Assembly (NCBI GenBank): GCA_904063045.1
Contig: CAJFCJ010000057.1
Span: 1-64,000, forward strand
Length of the DNA stretch: 64,000 nt
Origin: Dimorphilus gyrociliatus
Lineage: Eukaryota; Animalia; Annelida
Direction: 5' to 3'
Shown: positions 11,189-23,999 of the stretch, piece after piece
Layout of the letters: each line of letters starts with the position of its first letter
Numbering within the stretch: position 1 is the stretch's first letter
Position numbers and translations under genes: made by a program
The notes under the pieces: model-generated
Seen by the model: only the letters and a program-made list of their open reading frames with translations
Told to the model about the DNA's origin: nothing
Databases searched by the model: none

Positions 11189-12253
11189 ATGGCGCTGTAC
11201 TCTGTCCTCTTCTTTGTATTTTATGCAATTCTATATCAATATTCGTTAATAACATATGTAAATCCTGGAAATAGCATCACTACAATTCTAGACAAAACGA
11301 ATAAAGAAGGTGTAAACATTCAGAATGTTAGCTATGTCATAGATTTTCATAGCTTGGTAGAAATATATGACACCAACTCAAATTTAGTTAAGAGATCTTT
11401 TCAACTGTTTTTTATCGCAAACGATGGAAGAAAACATGAGAGATTGAATGATTTATGGCGTGGATATCAGCCTAAAAGTTTTAACAAGGAGACTATGATT
11501 GATTTGAAGAAAAAAGAGAAAGTTTGCTTTTTTAACACAGCAGATAGTGTTTGCCAACAATTATCAAACAGACATACACAAATTTCTTAGGTATTTTATG
11601 ATGAAAATAACAATCCTCACATAATTAGTTCATATTCTGAATATTCAACAATTCCAATAGGCACTTGGTTCAAAATAATAGAATTTCTTATGAAATTCAA
11701 AATAATTGAAATCCAAAATATGTTACAAGAATTTATTAAACAACCAGGTAGAAATTTGTTGATTTCCAGTTCAAATCTATCGAAAATTTCCCTACAATTG
11801 GAAAATTTTAATTATGATTACGATAATTATGGCTTATTGATTGCATTCGGTGAAGGAGGTTATGGATATTATGGAGAATTTGAAAAGTTATACGTAGAAG
11901 ATTAAGAATTCAAACTTGAAAGCAATAGTGAATACATCCTAGAAAGAAAACCTCTTCAGGAAAATATGATTTTTATATTGATTTTTGTCTATTACATAAT
12001 CAGAATAAATGACTACGCAATCGAAAACTCTTTTAGTGAGTTGAGTAGATATTTGTCTCTTTTGATTTTTATTGGTTTATTGATTAAAAATCTGTTGAAT
12101 GATATGTATTTTAACGAATGTTATTTATTGTGTGGATATTGGATTAAATTGGATACACTGGCGATAATAATCTTTTTAATCAATAAACCAATAACTCTTT
12201 TTCAAAAACAATATGTACATTCTTCCACAATATACAATGAAGATTATAAGTGA
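11189..12253 (+). pseudogene. Intronless signal-peptide/multi-TM gene interrupted by in-frame stops
   Basis: ORFs at 11189, 11690 and 11966 share one frame (offsets 501 and 777). The start is hydrophobic and in a CAAAATGGC context; stops at 11588 and 11903; hydrophobic segments near the 3' end. Confidence 0.55.
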
Positions 12254-12938
12254 ACAGTATTCAGACAGTACTCTAAGATCATTATTAAATGATCAAAATA
12301 AAGATGATATTAAGAACCTTAAAAGTACAATTTTCTACTCTAATCTTAATATTACAATATCTCATTTGTAGAAGTTTTCCTCAGATATAAATTTTTGTTT
12401 ACTTTAGTTTTATGGAAACATAGTCTTACATTCAAAGAAGATTTTAAAAATTACTAAGAACTGATATAATTGGATCAAAACAGTGTCAACAATCATTTTT
12501 GGTCCATATCAAAACCGTGAATATTAGTTGTATTAAAGTTACTTTTGAAAATTGACTCTGTCCTATTTTTGTTTGAATTTCAATATCATTTGCATGTTTT
12601 TAGGGATAATTATTATATTTATATGTAAAATTAATGCTCCAATTAGATGAAATAGAAAAAAAAAATAAATAAAATAGTATTGATACTTAAATTATAATGA
12701 CCTTGATTTTTTATTGTATTAGTATTATATTCTCCACTAGATTTTATATATGTTTCGAAACTTTCAATTATCAGCTCCACATGAACTAAAAATTAAAAAA
12801 TTTTCAAGCCTTAAAATGCCCAATATCTTATTCTAAACTGTAACCTAGAGTGTTGTTTTCTCTCAACCATGAATATTATGAAAGAAATTATTCAACTGTT
12901 ATTTTGGATTGGAACTAAGTTAGGGTATACACTAAAAT

Positions 12939-13145
12939 GGATGCCACAGAAAATGGCCCCAAAAGCATGGTTCTACCATAACCCTAGACCATCCCTTATG
13001 TATCCTTAACCATTTCCATTTCCCCTAACCCTTAGATATGACCCTCCTAACTACAAATCAATAGATGCCTTTTTCGTCCTAACCATTTCTCAACCCAAAA
13101 AGTTGCCTTCAAATACCCTACTTGGGGCCGTTTTCTGATGATCCT
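12939..13145. mobile_element. MITE family A (MULE-type)
   Basis: TIRs GGATGCCACAGAAAATGGCCCC / GGGGCCGTTTTCTGATGATCCT. Flanks CACTAAAAT and TACTAAAAC form a 7/9 TSD. CCCTAA-rich interior. Confidence 0.75.
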
Positions 13146-15329
13146 TACTAAAACAATTGTTAAATAATTAGGTGGGTCCAAACCTAAGGTTTAGCAACAA
13201 TGAACAACACAGAACAGGCATCAGGAAATAGAATTCTCTACAAAAAAGTGTTGTCAATGAAAAAAACGTTTTCTTTCAATATTTATTCTTATTTGTTAGT
13301 TAAATAAATAGTAATTTATTAATAGTCCATGACTATCAACACGAAAAACATGTGAATGCGGTTCAAACAAAAATTGCACTGTTTCCAATGTAGTTGAATA
13401 TCGGATTTATTTCATTGCTATAATGATGTTTATCAACCTCAAACCTGTCCTTCCGGCTACTTTTATAGTCCAGATTCAAAGTCAAGAGAATATTCAATTA
13501 GATTGTGTGTAACAGAAGCAGGAGCAAAATGTCCAAGAGCAGCGAAGAGGGAATTCAAACTAGAATCAGAAGATACAATAATTCCTCACTAGTCAATGGT
13601 TCCAGCGATTTACTTAAAGTAAAAATAAGTCGTCATCCAAATTATTTTGTACGCCTAAACATTATTGCATTGGAGAAATGTCATCAGTAACTGGTCATAT
13701 TCACAATCTCTTATTCAGTTAGGAATCTAGGGAAGCTATTAAAAAAATGTCTTTTGGGGAAGAAATGAATTTAAAAGCAGGAGGCAGACTGTTGTCATCG
13801 TCTCAACTGGATACTTTTTTCTTACCTTTCAAATTAACAAGTCATTTACCTGCAGTTGCTGTCGAAGAAAAGAAAAAAGTTCTCTCGAAAGATATAGTAG
13901 AATTGGTTTTGATAAAAAGGGGTCCACAATCTGAAATTGAAGGATATATTGAAGCCAAAGATAAACTATTGTTTAGGTTGGTGAAATTGGGCCATAGACG
14001 TTTTCGAAGTGAAGTAGTTTCAGGAGGAGCATTAATCAAATTGAAGAAAGATGATTTTCTACATTGAACAAATAAGGTTATGCATGTATCTAATGTTTAA
14101 TCAAGATAAACAGTAAACCTGCAAAAAGCTATAGATTTTGAATAGAAAATGAATTGTTGGGAGGAACATAACAGCAATTGATAAACCGCTAATAAATAAT
14201 TTCAAATTCATTACTTATTCTGGCATTTTCTATTAGATTGATTATTTCCACTTTTCAACAATGCATCAATGGCATACAAATCTTCTTGCAATCTTCACAA
14301 CTAAATTTACAATACTTCTGTTATTGCCCTCTGATCGACCAAAGTGATCCTGGGATATTCCAGCGCGTCCAGTTTTCGAAGAATTCCTTTATTCTTTCTT
14401 GCTGACTTGCCCTATGCTGTTGGCTTATTACTCTTTCCAGTTTATGACTTTTCGCATCCGCAAATTCCGTCATTACTCTTAATGTTTGCTTTGTCGTCAC
14501 TCTTGCTATTTCGTCAACCCAGTCTTACCATAATTGGTTATTTATATAGAACTTGCTTGCGACTACTAGTATTGCTTCTAGTTGCTTGCATTCTAAGTCG
14601 TCTCTTTCTTCCCAGTCCGCGTATATCTCTCATAGCATTGTGTTTGACCTTAACATCATCTGGTACTCACCTCAATCTTGAAAAAGAATTGGTACATTTC
14701 CGCTTTACTTCCCTATATCGTCTTCTCAAAAATTTCATTTCCTTTCCTGGAGAATCTGTATACTTCCTTTTTGGCACTGTAGTATCTAACTCATAGGAAG
14801 CTGATAATTTTTTGTAGACTTTTCTGTCTTTTTGTGGAAAAAGAAATTCAGAGGACATTTTCTTAAAACAGATACATGGAAAAGAAAGATATTTATTATA
14901 GATAGAAGTCGCCCACTACCTATTGCAAAAGTCGCCTCTCATAAAATACGAATACCTTAAATGCTCTGTTGATTTATGGGCATTTTTGAGGGATAATATA
15001 CAATATGTTTGACTAAGTTTTCTCATAGAGGACAACAGGGTTATTCCAATTTCTTTGCAAAAAATTCCAAAGCCTTCCGTCTAAAACCTTGTTCGTTCTC
15101 TGCATTGTTGATCCTACTTTTGCAATAGGTGGTACGCAAGTTCTGCCAATTTCTGGGCGACTTCTATCACATTCACATACAAAATATATGTAGTCGATGG
15201 TCATATCAGCTAGGTGTGGCACATTGCCAAACTCACATTACGCTTTCATTATATTATCAATCCCCAAACCAATACCTCACCCCTGCTCTTATTTTCGTCA
15301 CCTTACAGTTTTTCTCACTATCATTTGAA

Positions 15330-15620
15330 GTCATCTGGTTCACCCAGTGATAATCTAGCCTCATCACTAAAAATTAATTTAGGTCAGTCTAGATTATCAC
15401 TGATCATTTTAAGACAATAGTGTTTTCTTCTTTTCCAATTGCTGAATGTGAGATCAGTTTCATGCCTTATTCTCTTACACCTGAAATTTCGTCTTTTCAG
15501 CTCCCTGTGAATCGTTTTAAGGCTCACATCTACCTCTAAGTCCTTTAAAATCTTTGCTGCTGGCACGTTCTCCTTGTTATCTTTTAGTTTCTTCACAATC
15601 CTTTTCAACTTGCCTTTGCA
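15330..15620 (-). mobile_element. Tc1-like transposase fragment
   Basis: ILKDLEVDVSLKTIHRELKRR...LD*PKLIFSDEARLSL: HTH plus the first catalytic D (FSDE motif). Confidence 0.8.
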
Positions 15621-16019
15621 ATATTGTGGAGCTGTTCTAATCCATTCAAGATATGTATTATCAGCAGCACATTGTTAAGATTCCGACAAGTAAATCAATT
15701 TACAAACAAATTATTTGTAAATGTAGCTGTTGACTGACTCTTACTAATATAATGAATGATACTATAAGGTTTATACTATAAAGTTATACTAATAATATTT
15801 AAATAAGTAATTAAAGGTAGTAATTCATCGGTTGAAAGATGAAGAGGGAATGTTATTGTCTTAACTATAAGAATTTAAATGTACAATAATAACTTAACGT
15901 AATGTATAACGTCAAAGAGAGTTTACCACTTTGCCAAACTTAGGCGATACATTCATTGACTACACTGTATATACTGTATATCATAATAATACTTGTTTTT
16001 CTGTAGAGTGATCACGAAA

Positions 16020-16180
16020 ATTTCTATGTTATCATTGGTGCTTCTAAAATGTTTACTAATGAAGTAAATGTACCTGTTGAACAGATTTATGTTCATAAAC
16101 CTTATAGTAAATACAGTTCTCGTAATGATATTGCTTTAATGAGGCTTACACTTCCTATTTGTTTACGAGAAAATGAATAC
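16020..16180 (+). pseudogene. Isolated trypsin-like serine protease exon fragment
   Basis: VIIGAS...VEQIYVHKPYSKYSSRNDIALMRLTLP contains the catalytic-Asp motif NDIALMRL. Confidence 0.7.
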
Positions 16181-17109
16181 ATTTCTAATCCAGTTTAAGT
16201 ATTCTATACTGTAATTGTAGAAATTCCTACAATTACAATACAAATAAGTACATGAGATAATATAGGTAAGTTGTTGGATGTGTTTTTAAAAGTATTGAGT
16301 CATTAATTACCCATGATTTTTTTAGCAGCCATTTTTATTAATTGTATAATATTTTAAAATTTAGCAGTTGATTATTAATAGAGATTCCAAATTGATTATG
16401 GCACTAATATGTTATATTTGTAAGGAGAGAATGTATGGAATTCACAAAAAATGTCAGCCTTGCTGTCATTCATTTAAAATATACAAGAATTGTTTAGAAT
16501 ATAAAAGTTTGTTTAACTATTTTATGACTATTTTTACAAATATATGTTTACATGTTTTCACAGATCAATTAATATTATGAAACATTTGTTGTGATATATT
16601 AATAAAGAAATGCACTGCTACACTGCAAAGGCTACCTTCTAGTGCACCTCTTAGTGCAGAAAAATGGTCAAAGACTAAATTTGTATATAGCAAATAACAC
16701 AAATGAGCATGCTTTGTTTGTGAAAATCAATTTGGAAACGCCAGTCAAAATGATAGTAATGGCAATATTTTGGAGTTAAATAGTAGTTCAACATCTTCCA
16801 GATCAACATAATAATTTGATGGAAGTATAATTTTTAGCTTCTTCAAAATCCAATTGTGAGCATGAGAATTATTCATTTCTTAAAGGAAATGATCCAAAAA
16901 GGAGAGGATTGACTATCTTTTAACAATTTCTGCTACAATATTAAAGAAAACTAAAGCAAGACAACATTCTAGATATTCTGAAAAATTATTGAACAACAAT
17001 CAACCAGCATGGGAACAACTTTTATCCTGGAAAAATATCACATTCTAATGAAAAATTACCAGATCTTGAAAAGAAAAAAATGATCAGGAATGAAAAATAC
17101 TTGCAATAA

Positions 17110-17600
17110 AGATATTTTTAGCTCTGGAAAATTTGGTTCTGGCAGGAAATGACAAACAAAGGCTGAGGAAAGTGACAGAAAGGGTGCTAAAAGCTCTTGC
17201 AGGTTACTTCTACTTGACAAAAATAGTGATAAACAGTAACGCAGCTAAGGAAGCAGTACCTCAAGAGAGCAGGGTAGATGTCCAATATAGGCATATTGGG
17301 ATTGAAGTACAAAATGACGGAGAAAATGTTTGTATGCAAGCTGGATGACCTAACAATAAAAAAAGATGTCTATATAGAGAAGCACTGGCCTTAATAGCTA
17401 AAGTCTATGATCCTTTGGGCATGATCAAAATAATAAGTATGCCGCTCAGAGTGCTGTTTTCTCACCTTGTATATGGAAAGAAGGAGGTCTGGAAATGCAA
17501 CATTCCTCAAATTGAAATCGCTAAGTGGAATAGATTGGTCAACGGAATGCCTATTGAAGTCGAGATTGATAGACATGGAGAGCTATCAGGTAAATACAGA
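17110..17600 (+). mobile_element. BEL/Pao LTR retrotransposon pol fragment
   Basis: LALIAKVYDPLGMI...LFSHL...W is the hallmark BEL/Pao motif downstream of RT. In-frame stops are present. Confidence 0.8.
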
Positions 17601-17727
17601 CGATAGTGACAAAAGTTCTTGCATATGTGTAGAAGAACAATAACTATTTAATGACAGTAATCTGTAATGACAGACATTCAGCCTTGAATGAAAAATTAAC
17701 AATTCTTTTTTTAATACTCCCTGTACT

Positions 17728-17880
17728 TTGTTGTATTGTAATTGTAGGAATTTCTGCTTCTTCTGAACAGTATTTGTCCTTTCCAATCATTTATCAACTT
17801 ACCAAAGTACTCACACAAATAGAACCTTTCAAGGTCCTACACAAATAGTCTTAACAAATGTAATTTTGGTAGATAAGTTA
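17728..17880 (-). repeat. Dispersed repeat family R, short copy
   Basis: GTACTTTGTTGTATTGTAATTGTAGGAATT... is the reverse complement of the copy-1 end. Confidence 0.8.
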
Positions 17881-19780
17881 AAGATGAAATGAAATGATTA
17901 TTTATCTAGTAGAGATTGATAATGTTCATATACATTCATCAGTTCTATTCTACAATAGATAACTAGTATTGAACCAGTATTGTACTGTGCTGCATCAGAA
18001 GTCATCCCTGATTGCCATCTACCCTTGACTAAGCAATAATTCATTTAATGTTTTCCTATATTCGTCAAGAGTAACACTAAACTATTCGTTGGGATCAAAA
18101 ATAAATTGGACTTATTGTATTTATGTGGTCGCAAACAAAGGCATATTAAACATCTGGCCAGTTGAACTTAATGAACTTTAAGCTACTCCAATACTGGATT
18201 TTTGACCAGATGATCTAATAACCAAAGGAGTTTTGGAACAAAGAAATTGATAAACAAAGCTTTGATTACATTGAGCATATAAGCTGTAGCAGAATGAATT
18301 GACATAAAAGAGCTTATTGGTCTACAAATGAACCATGTTCCGAATATTTGTCACCTAGTACAGGGCTCCAGATATGGAGGGAAGATTTCGTTGAAATTGG
18401 TGGTTCTCTCTATATCTAGAATCTCTAGGGGTTTACAATTGAAGAAATTTTTCTTTTCTTGTTAACAAAAAAGTTAATAATATACAGCTTGCTATATTTA
18501 ATAAATTGACTAGAAAAGAAGACATTCAACTTTTTCCCACTGCAAAGATTTACTATTCTTGTACAAACTTCAATGAAGACTTATTCTCAGGTTGTTTGAG
18601 GCCTTTTTTTTGTAAAAAGTTTTTTTAATATATAATGCAAAGATGAGTTAGTCTTCTGCATTGGTTGTAATTATATTTTATAATTCAATAATATAGCACT
18701 TTTTGTTTTTTGTCTTCTAAAAACACATTAAATTAAATATTTAGTTAGCTGTCCAGATATGAATACAAAAGTCTAAAAATGGCCAAAAATTTTACATGAA
18801 TATTATGAAAACCAATAAATCCACCGAATGATGAACCAAGGTCTTGAATCAATACAATAAATTTACAAACATCTTTTGATGATTTTTATGAGAGATTTGG
18901 TATCAATATCAAATAGTGAAAATGGCAGAAAAATTGCTAATTAAATAATAAAATGATTGTTTGCCACCAAATCAATAGATATTAATAAAAAATTTTTACT
19001 TTATTAGATATTTCTCTATCTTTAGCTTAGCTGAAATTTTCTTCCCTATAGAGGAGGGGAAGTAGATTAATTGATTTTTTAAAACCTTTAACAATAACAT
19101 TTAATTTACTTATTTTGAAATTTTAGCATTTTCATTCTTTCAAATCATTCTCTAGGCTTATTTAGTATTAGATTATGTTCAGGTATAGTGCTGACTTAGT
19201 TTGGTTTAATTGAAGCTTCAAGAGATTTCTTTTACTGAAAATCAACAAATCTTCGATTCAGTCAATTTGTTCAAAAGTAATGTTTGCAAATTTAGCTCCA
19301 TCACTAATACTTTAGTATTGACAAACTAGTTGGGAGATAGATGAGTTAGCTGTTGCCAAGCAACGATTACCCATAAACTGAACAGAGGCAATAAATTTTC
19401 TAGCCTTCTACTTACCATTATAAACTTCACCTCTGCCAATACTATTGTATTATTTAATAAGATTAGCATCCATTATGTCTATAATTATATCATATCTTTG
19501 GCTTTATTAGGCTAAAAACATCAAGGAATATGTTAGGAGAATATATGATTCAAGAATTATGGTACAGAGATTGTGTGAGAGGAACAATTTATAACTAAAT
19601 TCTATAGAATTCTATTGTAATTCAAAGCCTTGAATAGTAATTTGTCATCTATAATTGATGGCTAAAGACCTTAGTTTGCATTGATAATTCGAAACATCTA
19701 ATTGTCAGGTCATAACCAAAAAAATCCAGTCATTCTGTTAAGAAAAAAAGCCAAAAGGTTTCCTTAAAATTCTACATTTT

Positions 19781-22752
19781 TTATCTCATTTTTGCAGACA
19801 ATGAATATGAAATCTGAAATTCAATGACATCAATTTTTAAATTAACTATAAAATCATACAGAGATTTGTCATTTGTTTTGTTTACCTTGTAAGCAAAAAA
19901 ATCAAGAAATTCAAACAAGGTTATAACGGAAGCACCTAAAACTAGACCCAAAAATCCACCAATTTCTGATAAGAAAGATAAAAAACCAAATTTCTCATGT
20001 TGAATAATTCTTTGGAAATTCATTTCTTTGTAAAAAATATCCACTTTTGCAAAATTTTTTCTGTTGAATATTAAAAAAATTGTTTGTTTAGAAATAATGA
20101 AAGAAAATGTCTTATGAAAGTAAAAATCTTACAAGAGAAATTCTTTATTTATAAAAGAATTTCTATGAAATGTATACATAAATTCCTGAAGATCGTTGTA
20201 CTTAGAGAGAATATCACTGAGTTTCTGATTGAAAGATATAGGATAGTCAAGGGTATGTTTAGCCACTGCATTTCCCATGATCATAACACACCTGTACCAA
20301 TCTTTTATCTGTTGTAAATCATCTTTTGAACAAGAGAAATAAATGTCATATTTGACTTTCATTTCATTGTATATGGTATAGAACTGATTTATATCTTTAT
20401 ATTTGATTGTCTTATTTTGTGCATCATTTTTAGGAAAAGGCCATCTTAAGGATAGAAATCTCTCTTCCAAAAAAAAAAATAATGTAGCAAATTCGTCAAT
20501 TCTGCCAATAAATGTTCTGTATTCTAATGGCATATTTTCGCTAAAACCTATCAAACTCCTTAAATCCTTGAGAAAATCTTCCAACAGTAGAGGATCGGAT
20601 AAATTTTGTTTCTTTACTGAAGAATTCACTTCTAAATAAGATTCAAACATTAGAATTTTTTCGATAGCATCTAGATGAATTTTAGTAATTTTTTCTATAT
20701 TTCTCTGAACACCTTTGATATACCAATGAATAGATACACCATATCTTGCAATATCTTCAATTGATCGATATATTCTTTGAAAAAACTCTTTCTTTCTATT
20801 CAATAAACAATAAGATTGAAAATTTTCATTATTCAAAATTTTCTCTATTCTAAAATATGTTTGCAGGACAAATCTAATTTTAGCGTTTGTATCAACATCA
20901 GTATCATTTTCTCTTAGAGTAATTAGATCATTGTAGATTGGATTGCAATATTCCATAAATGGTAATCTTGTATCATTTATATCTAGTCCAAAAATTCTCT
21001 CAATTTCATCTATGTGATAATTTTGTAAATTCTGTACAGATTTCAAATGATGAATTAAATTCTGTACTGATTTGATAGCTTTATCCCAAAATTGGTGAAA
21101 ATTTTCCTCCTCTACTTTAAAAGAACTAAATTGAAAATGTTGCATAAAATCATCGCAACCTCTCCAAGTTCCATTCGTTTTGTTGACATTATCCGTACAA
21201 CTATGGAAATCATCGAGAATTCTATTCTCATTTACTGGAGATGGGCCAAACAATTGTCCCTTAAAATGATTTTCAACTTGCATTAAATAGGTGAAACTTT
21301 TGTAAACGTGTACAATTTTAGGTGACTGTAGAGCTGTTTCCATTAATTCAACGTTATGCAAGATATCTGTGCAATCATTTCGTATTTTTGCCAATATTCT
21401 TGATACAAATGATTCTCCATCGCCCGTTTTATTTATCTCGAATGCGTCAAAAGTATTTATGAACTTTAGAAAAAATGGACGCATTCCTTTCGTAAATGCA
21501 GTAATGTATTGTTTGTTTAGATCAAAAAGTTCTTTACTATTCTTCTCACCTATTTCTAATACTTGTAGATATTTTTCTCTCAACTTTAACATTCTTTCCG
21601 AGTCCTTTAGTATTAATTTATTAACCGTAAATCCAGATATAGCTGAAAATGAAAGATTTGGTTCATAAACAATTTGATGACACGGAACGTGACAAGAACA
21701 ATTGTTCTCATTACTCTTTAATTTCTCTAGTGATCTTCTAATACATCCGTGATTCTCGGATAAAGAACATTTTCTATTGTAATCGTTTGTACTTTGCAGG
21801 ATTGCAGTTGCTATGAATGGAATACATTTACATATTGTTGCAACTGCTTTTAACTGACAATGATCTATGCATTCGGCATGAGATTTATACTTCGAATTGA
21901 CACAATCTCCATAAGGTTCACCAAGATTTTGCGATTCAATTCGCTTGATACCAACCAGCGTGTGCATTCCTGGGGCTACCGCAAAACCGAGATTAGACAT
22001 GAGTGGCTTTTTAAAATCATCATGCAACAATATCTTAACTCCAGCATCATTACGAGGTCCTGGCATATGCTCGTACTGTTCAATGTTGACGAGGAATGAG
22101 AGACTTTTTTCCATTCCAGGTTCGGTAACAGTTACAGGTTGAAGTGGATAACTTGAGCGAGGAGAATTGAATGTAAAACATATACCAAATTCAGTAATAG
22201 TTTGTGCGATATATTGAGATGGACATTCTTTACCATTCCAATGGCAGTTGAATAGGAAATCAGATTGTTGGTGTCCAATATAGTTGTAAACATATTTGGC
22301 ATCGTCATTCATGTTCCTTGGTAAGTATTGATTGTGCGAAGCAGTTCCATTAGTATTAGTGTTATAAAGGTTGTTAAAGTATTTATACACTTCCAATTCT
22401 ACAGTACTTTTCATCCTTTTAAACGAATACACCTAACCAGATTATATTCCTTACAAATATTTAAATATGCATACCTGAACTGGTTTTGATTGCATACTGT
22501 AACTGATGGAAATTGCAGACTCTTTGCATATATCACTTGAACACTATCTGTTACCTCTTTTTTGCTGTAGTCTAAACCTCGTTTAACCACTTGAAAAATG
22601 AAGAGAAAGATTGCTCCAAACACAATAAGAATCCATCCAATTCGTCGAAACAGTGAGGATTCTTTAGCAAAAATATTTTTAATTCCATGAAATGTTGTTT
22701 CATTGCAGAAATTTCTCCAAGTTTTCACTTTACCTTTCCCATCCTTTGCCAT
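19781..22752 (-). CDS. DEG/ENaC-family ion channel with large extracellular insertion
   Basis: TTFHG motif, TM1, FPSVTVCNQNQFR, GICFTFN, Cys-rich thumb, and TM2 GGFLGLVLGASVITLFEF (GAS filter). Phase-compatible introns at about 22474-22416 and 20130-20062. Confidence 0.92.
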
Positions 22753-23439
22753 ATTTTTCGAAAGCAATAAATGTCAACGGAAAAACACAAACTATTGTTT
22801 GTTATATACCAAGAAAATAGCAAGAATATAGACATTAATGTTTTACAAATCCATAAATATTGTATATTATTTTTATCCTCACAAGAATAACAATGTTTAA
22901 TAGATAACCAATCTGTTGCCAAATTATATGAAAATTTATTAATAAATTGCAACATATGCACCAGTGCGTTAGAAATGTACAAAATGAATAAGATATGTTG
23001 GCGATTAGTCTACATAGTTTATTGTAAGGAGTACAATGGCTACATTTGCATAAAATCGATTGAGGAGTTTATCTATTCTAATCCATTGTATCCAAACTAG
23101 ACAGGAAAGCTTCAAGAAGGCTTGATTTCTCAAAAACAAAAAAAAATCAAGCGACAAAGAGGCAAAATAGATATCAAGAAAAAAAATTAATTGCAAACAA
23201 CATAAGTTTAGTTTATAGAGTAGTTTATCACACGAATAAATTAATGTTTGTCCAGGAGAGGTTGTACAACGGTTGTCTTTATCATTCCAACATCAAATGT
23301 ATAACCGTTGTAGATAAGGAGATCTTTTAAAATTAAAAATTATCAGTGTTATTGAAATTTACAGGCAGTTTTCATGCCAATTCTTAAAAAAATCATGTTA
23401 ATTGTTCTTCTTTTAACCAACCCTAACCCTGTAATCAAT

Positions 23440-23900
23440 CAGATTGTTATGGAAATGGTGTATGCATTGAACTAAATATTTGTGAATGTATGAACGAAGG
23501 GAGCGACAAAAAGCATCCTTAACCCTAATCGTAACCCAGCCCTTGTCATTTTCTAACCATGTTTATTACTGCTAACGCTTAGATGACTTGCCCATAAGTA
23601 CAGATCAATAAAGCTCACTGCTTAACATCATAAAGAATTTACTACAGTCATCATAACAATTTGTCTGTAGTCACATTACACATCTTCAATGATATATTGG
23701 GTAGTATTCTACATGATGTAGAAAGATACAACACTGCTCAAATGTTTCATTCTTGACTAAACTATCTATTTTAAATATTTAAAAGGAGTAATTATTTTTG
23801 TTTGTTAATGTAACTTCAGTTATTGAGCATGTCACAGGTGTAAGCGATAACAGTTATTGTGCTTCAACAATCATTAGAGAACACTGGATAATGTTCTATT
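23440..23900 (+). pseudogene. EGF-like and trypsin N-terminal fragments
   Basis: CNQSDCYGNGVCIELNICEC (~23440-23500) and SYCASTIIREHWIM (~23850-23895). A CCCTAA-containing MITE-A remnant lies between them. Confidence 0.4.
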
Positions 23901-23999
23901 ACAAAAGCTTCACAACTGCAATATTTGCTTTTTTTCCAGTTACCTTTATCAGTAGTTATTCCAACCTAAAAATTCTCAGATATCTTTAAGCAACTAACA

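Noticed and set aside
13380-13490. CPSGYFYSP chitin-binding-like snippet (similar hint at ~18530-18610)
   Set aside because: Only part of the Cys pattern is present, with stops.
13505-14858. ORFs of 61-150 aa, including a basic bHLH-like stretch on the minus strand
   Set aside because: No family motif is convincing; probably decayed TE or gene debris. The 14344 plus-strand ORF looks like a shadow of purine-rich antisense sequence.
18780-19480. Possible FHA-like (DLGSS) and hAT-like (SDGA) motifs
   Set aside because: Matches of 4-5 residues only, with no supporting context.
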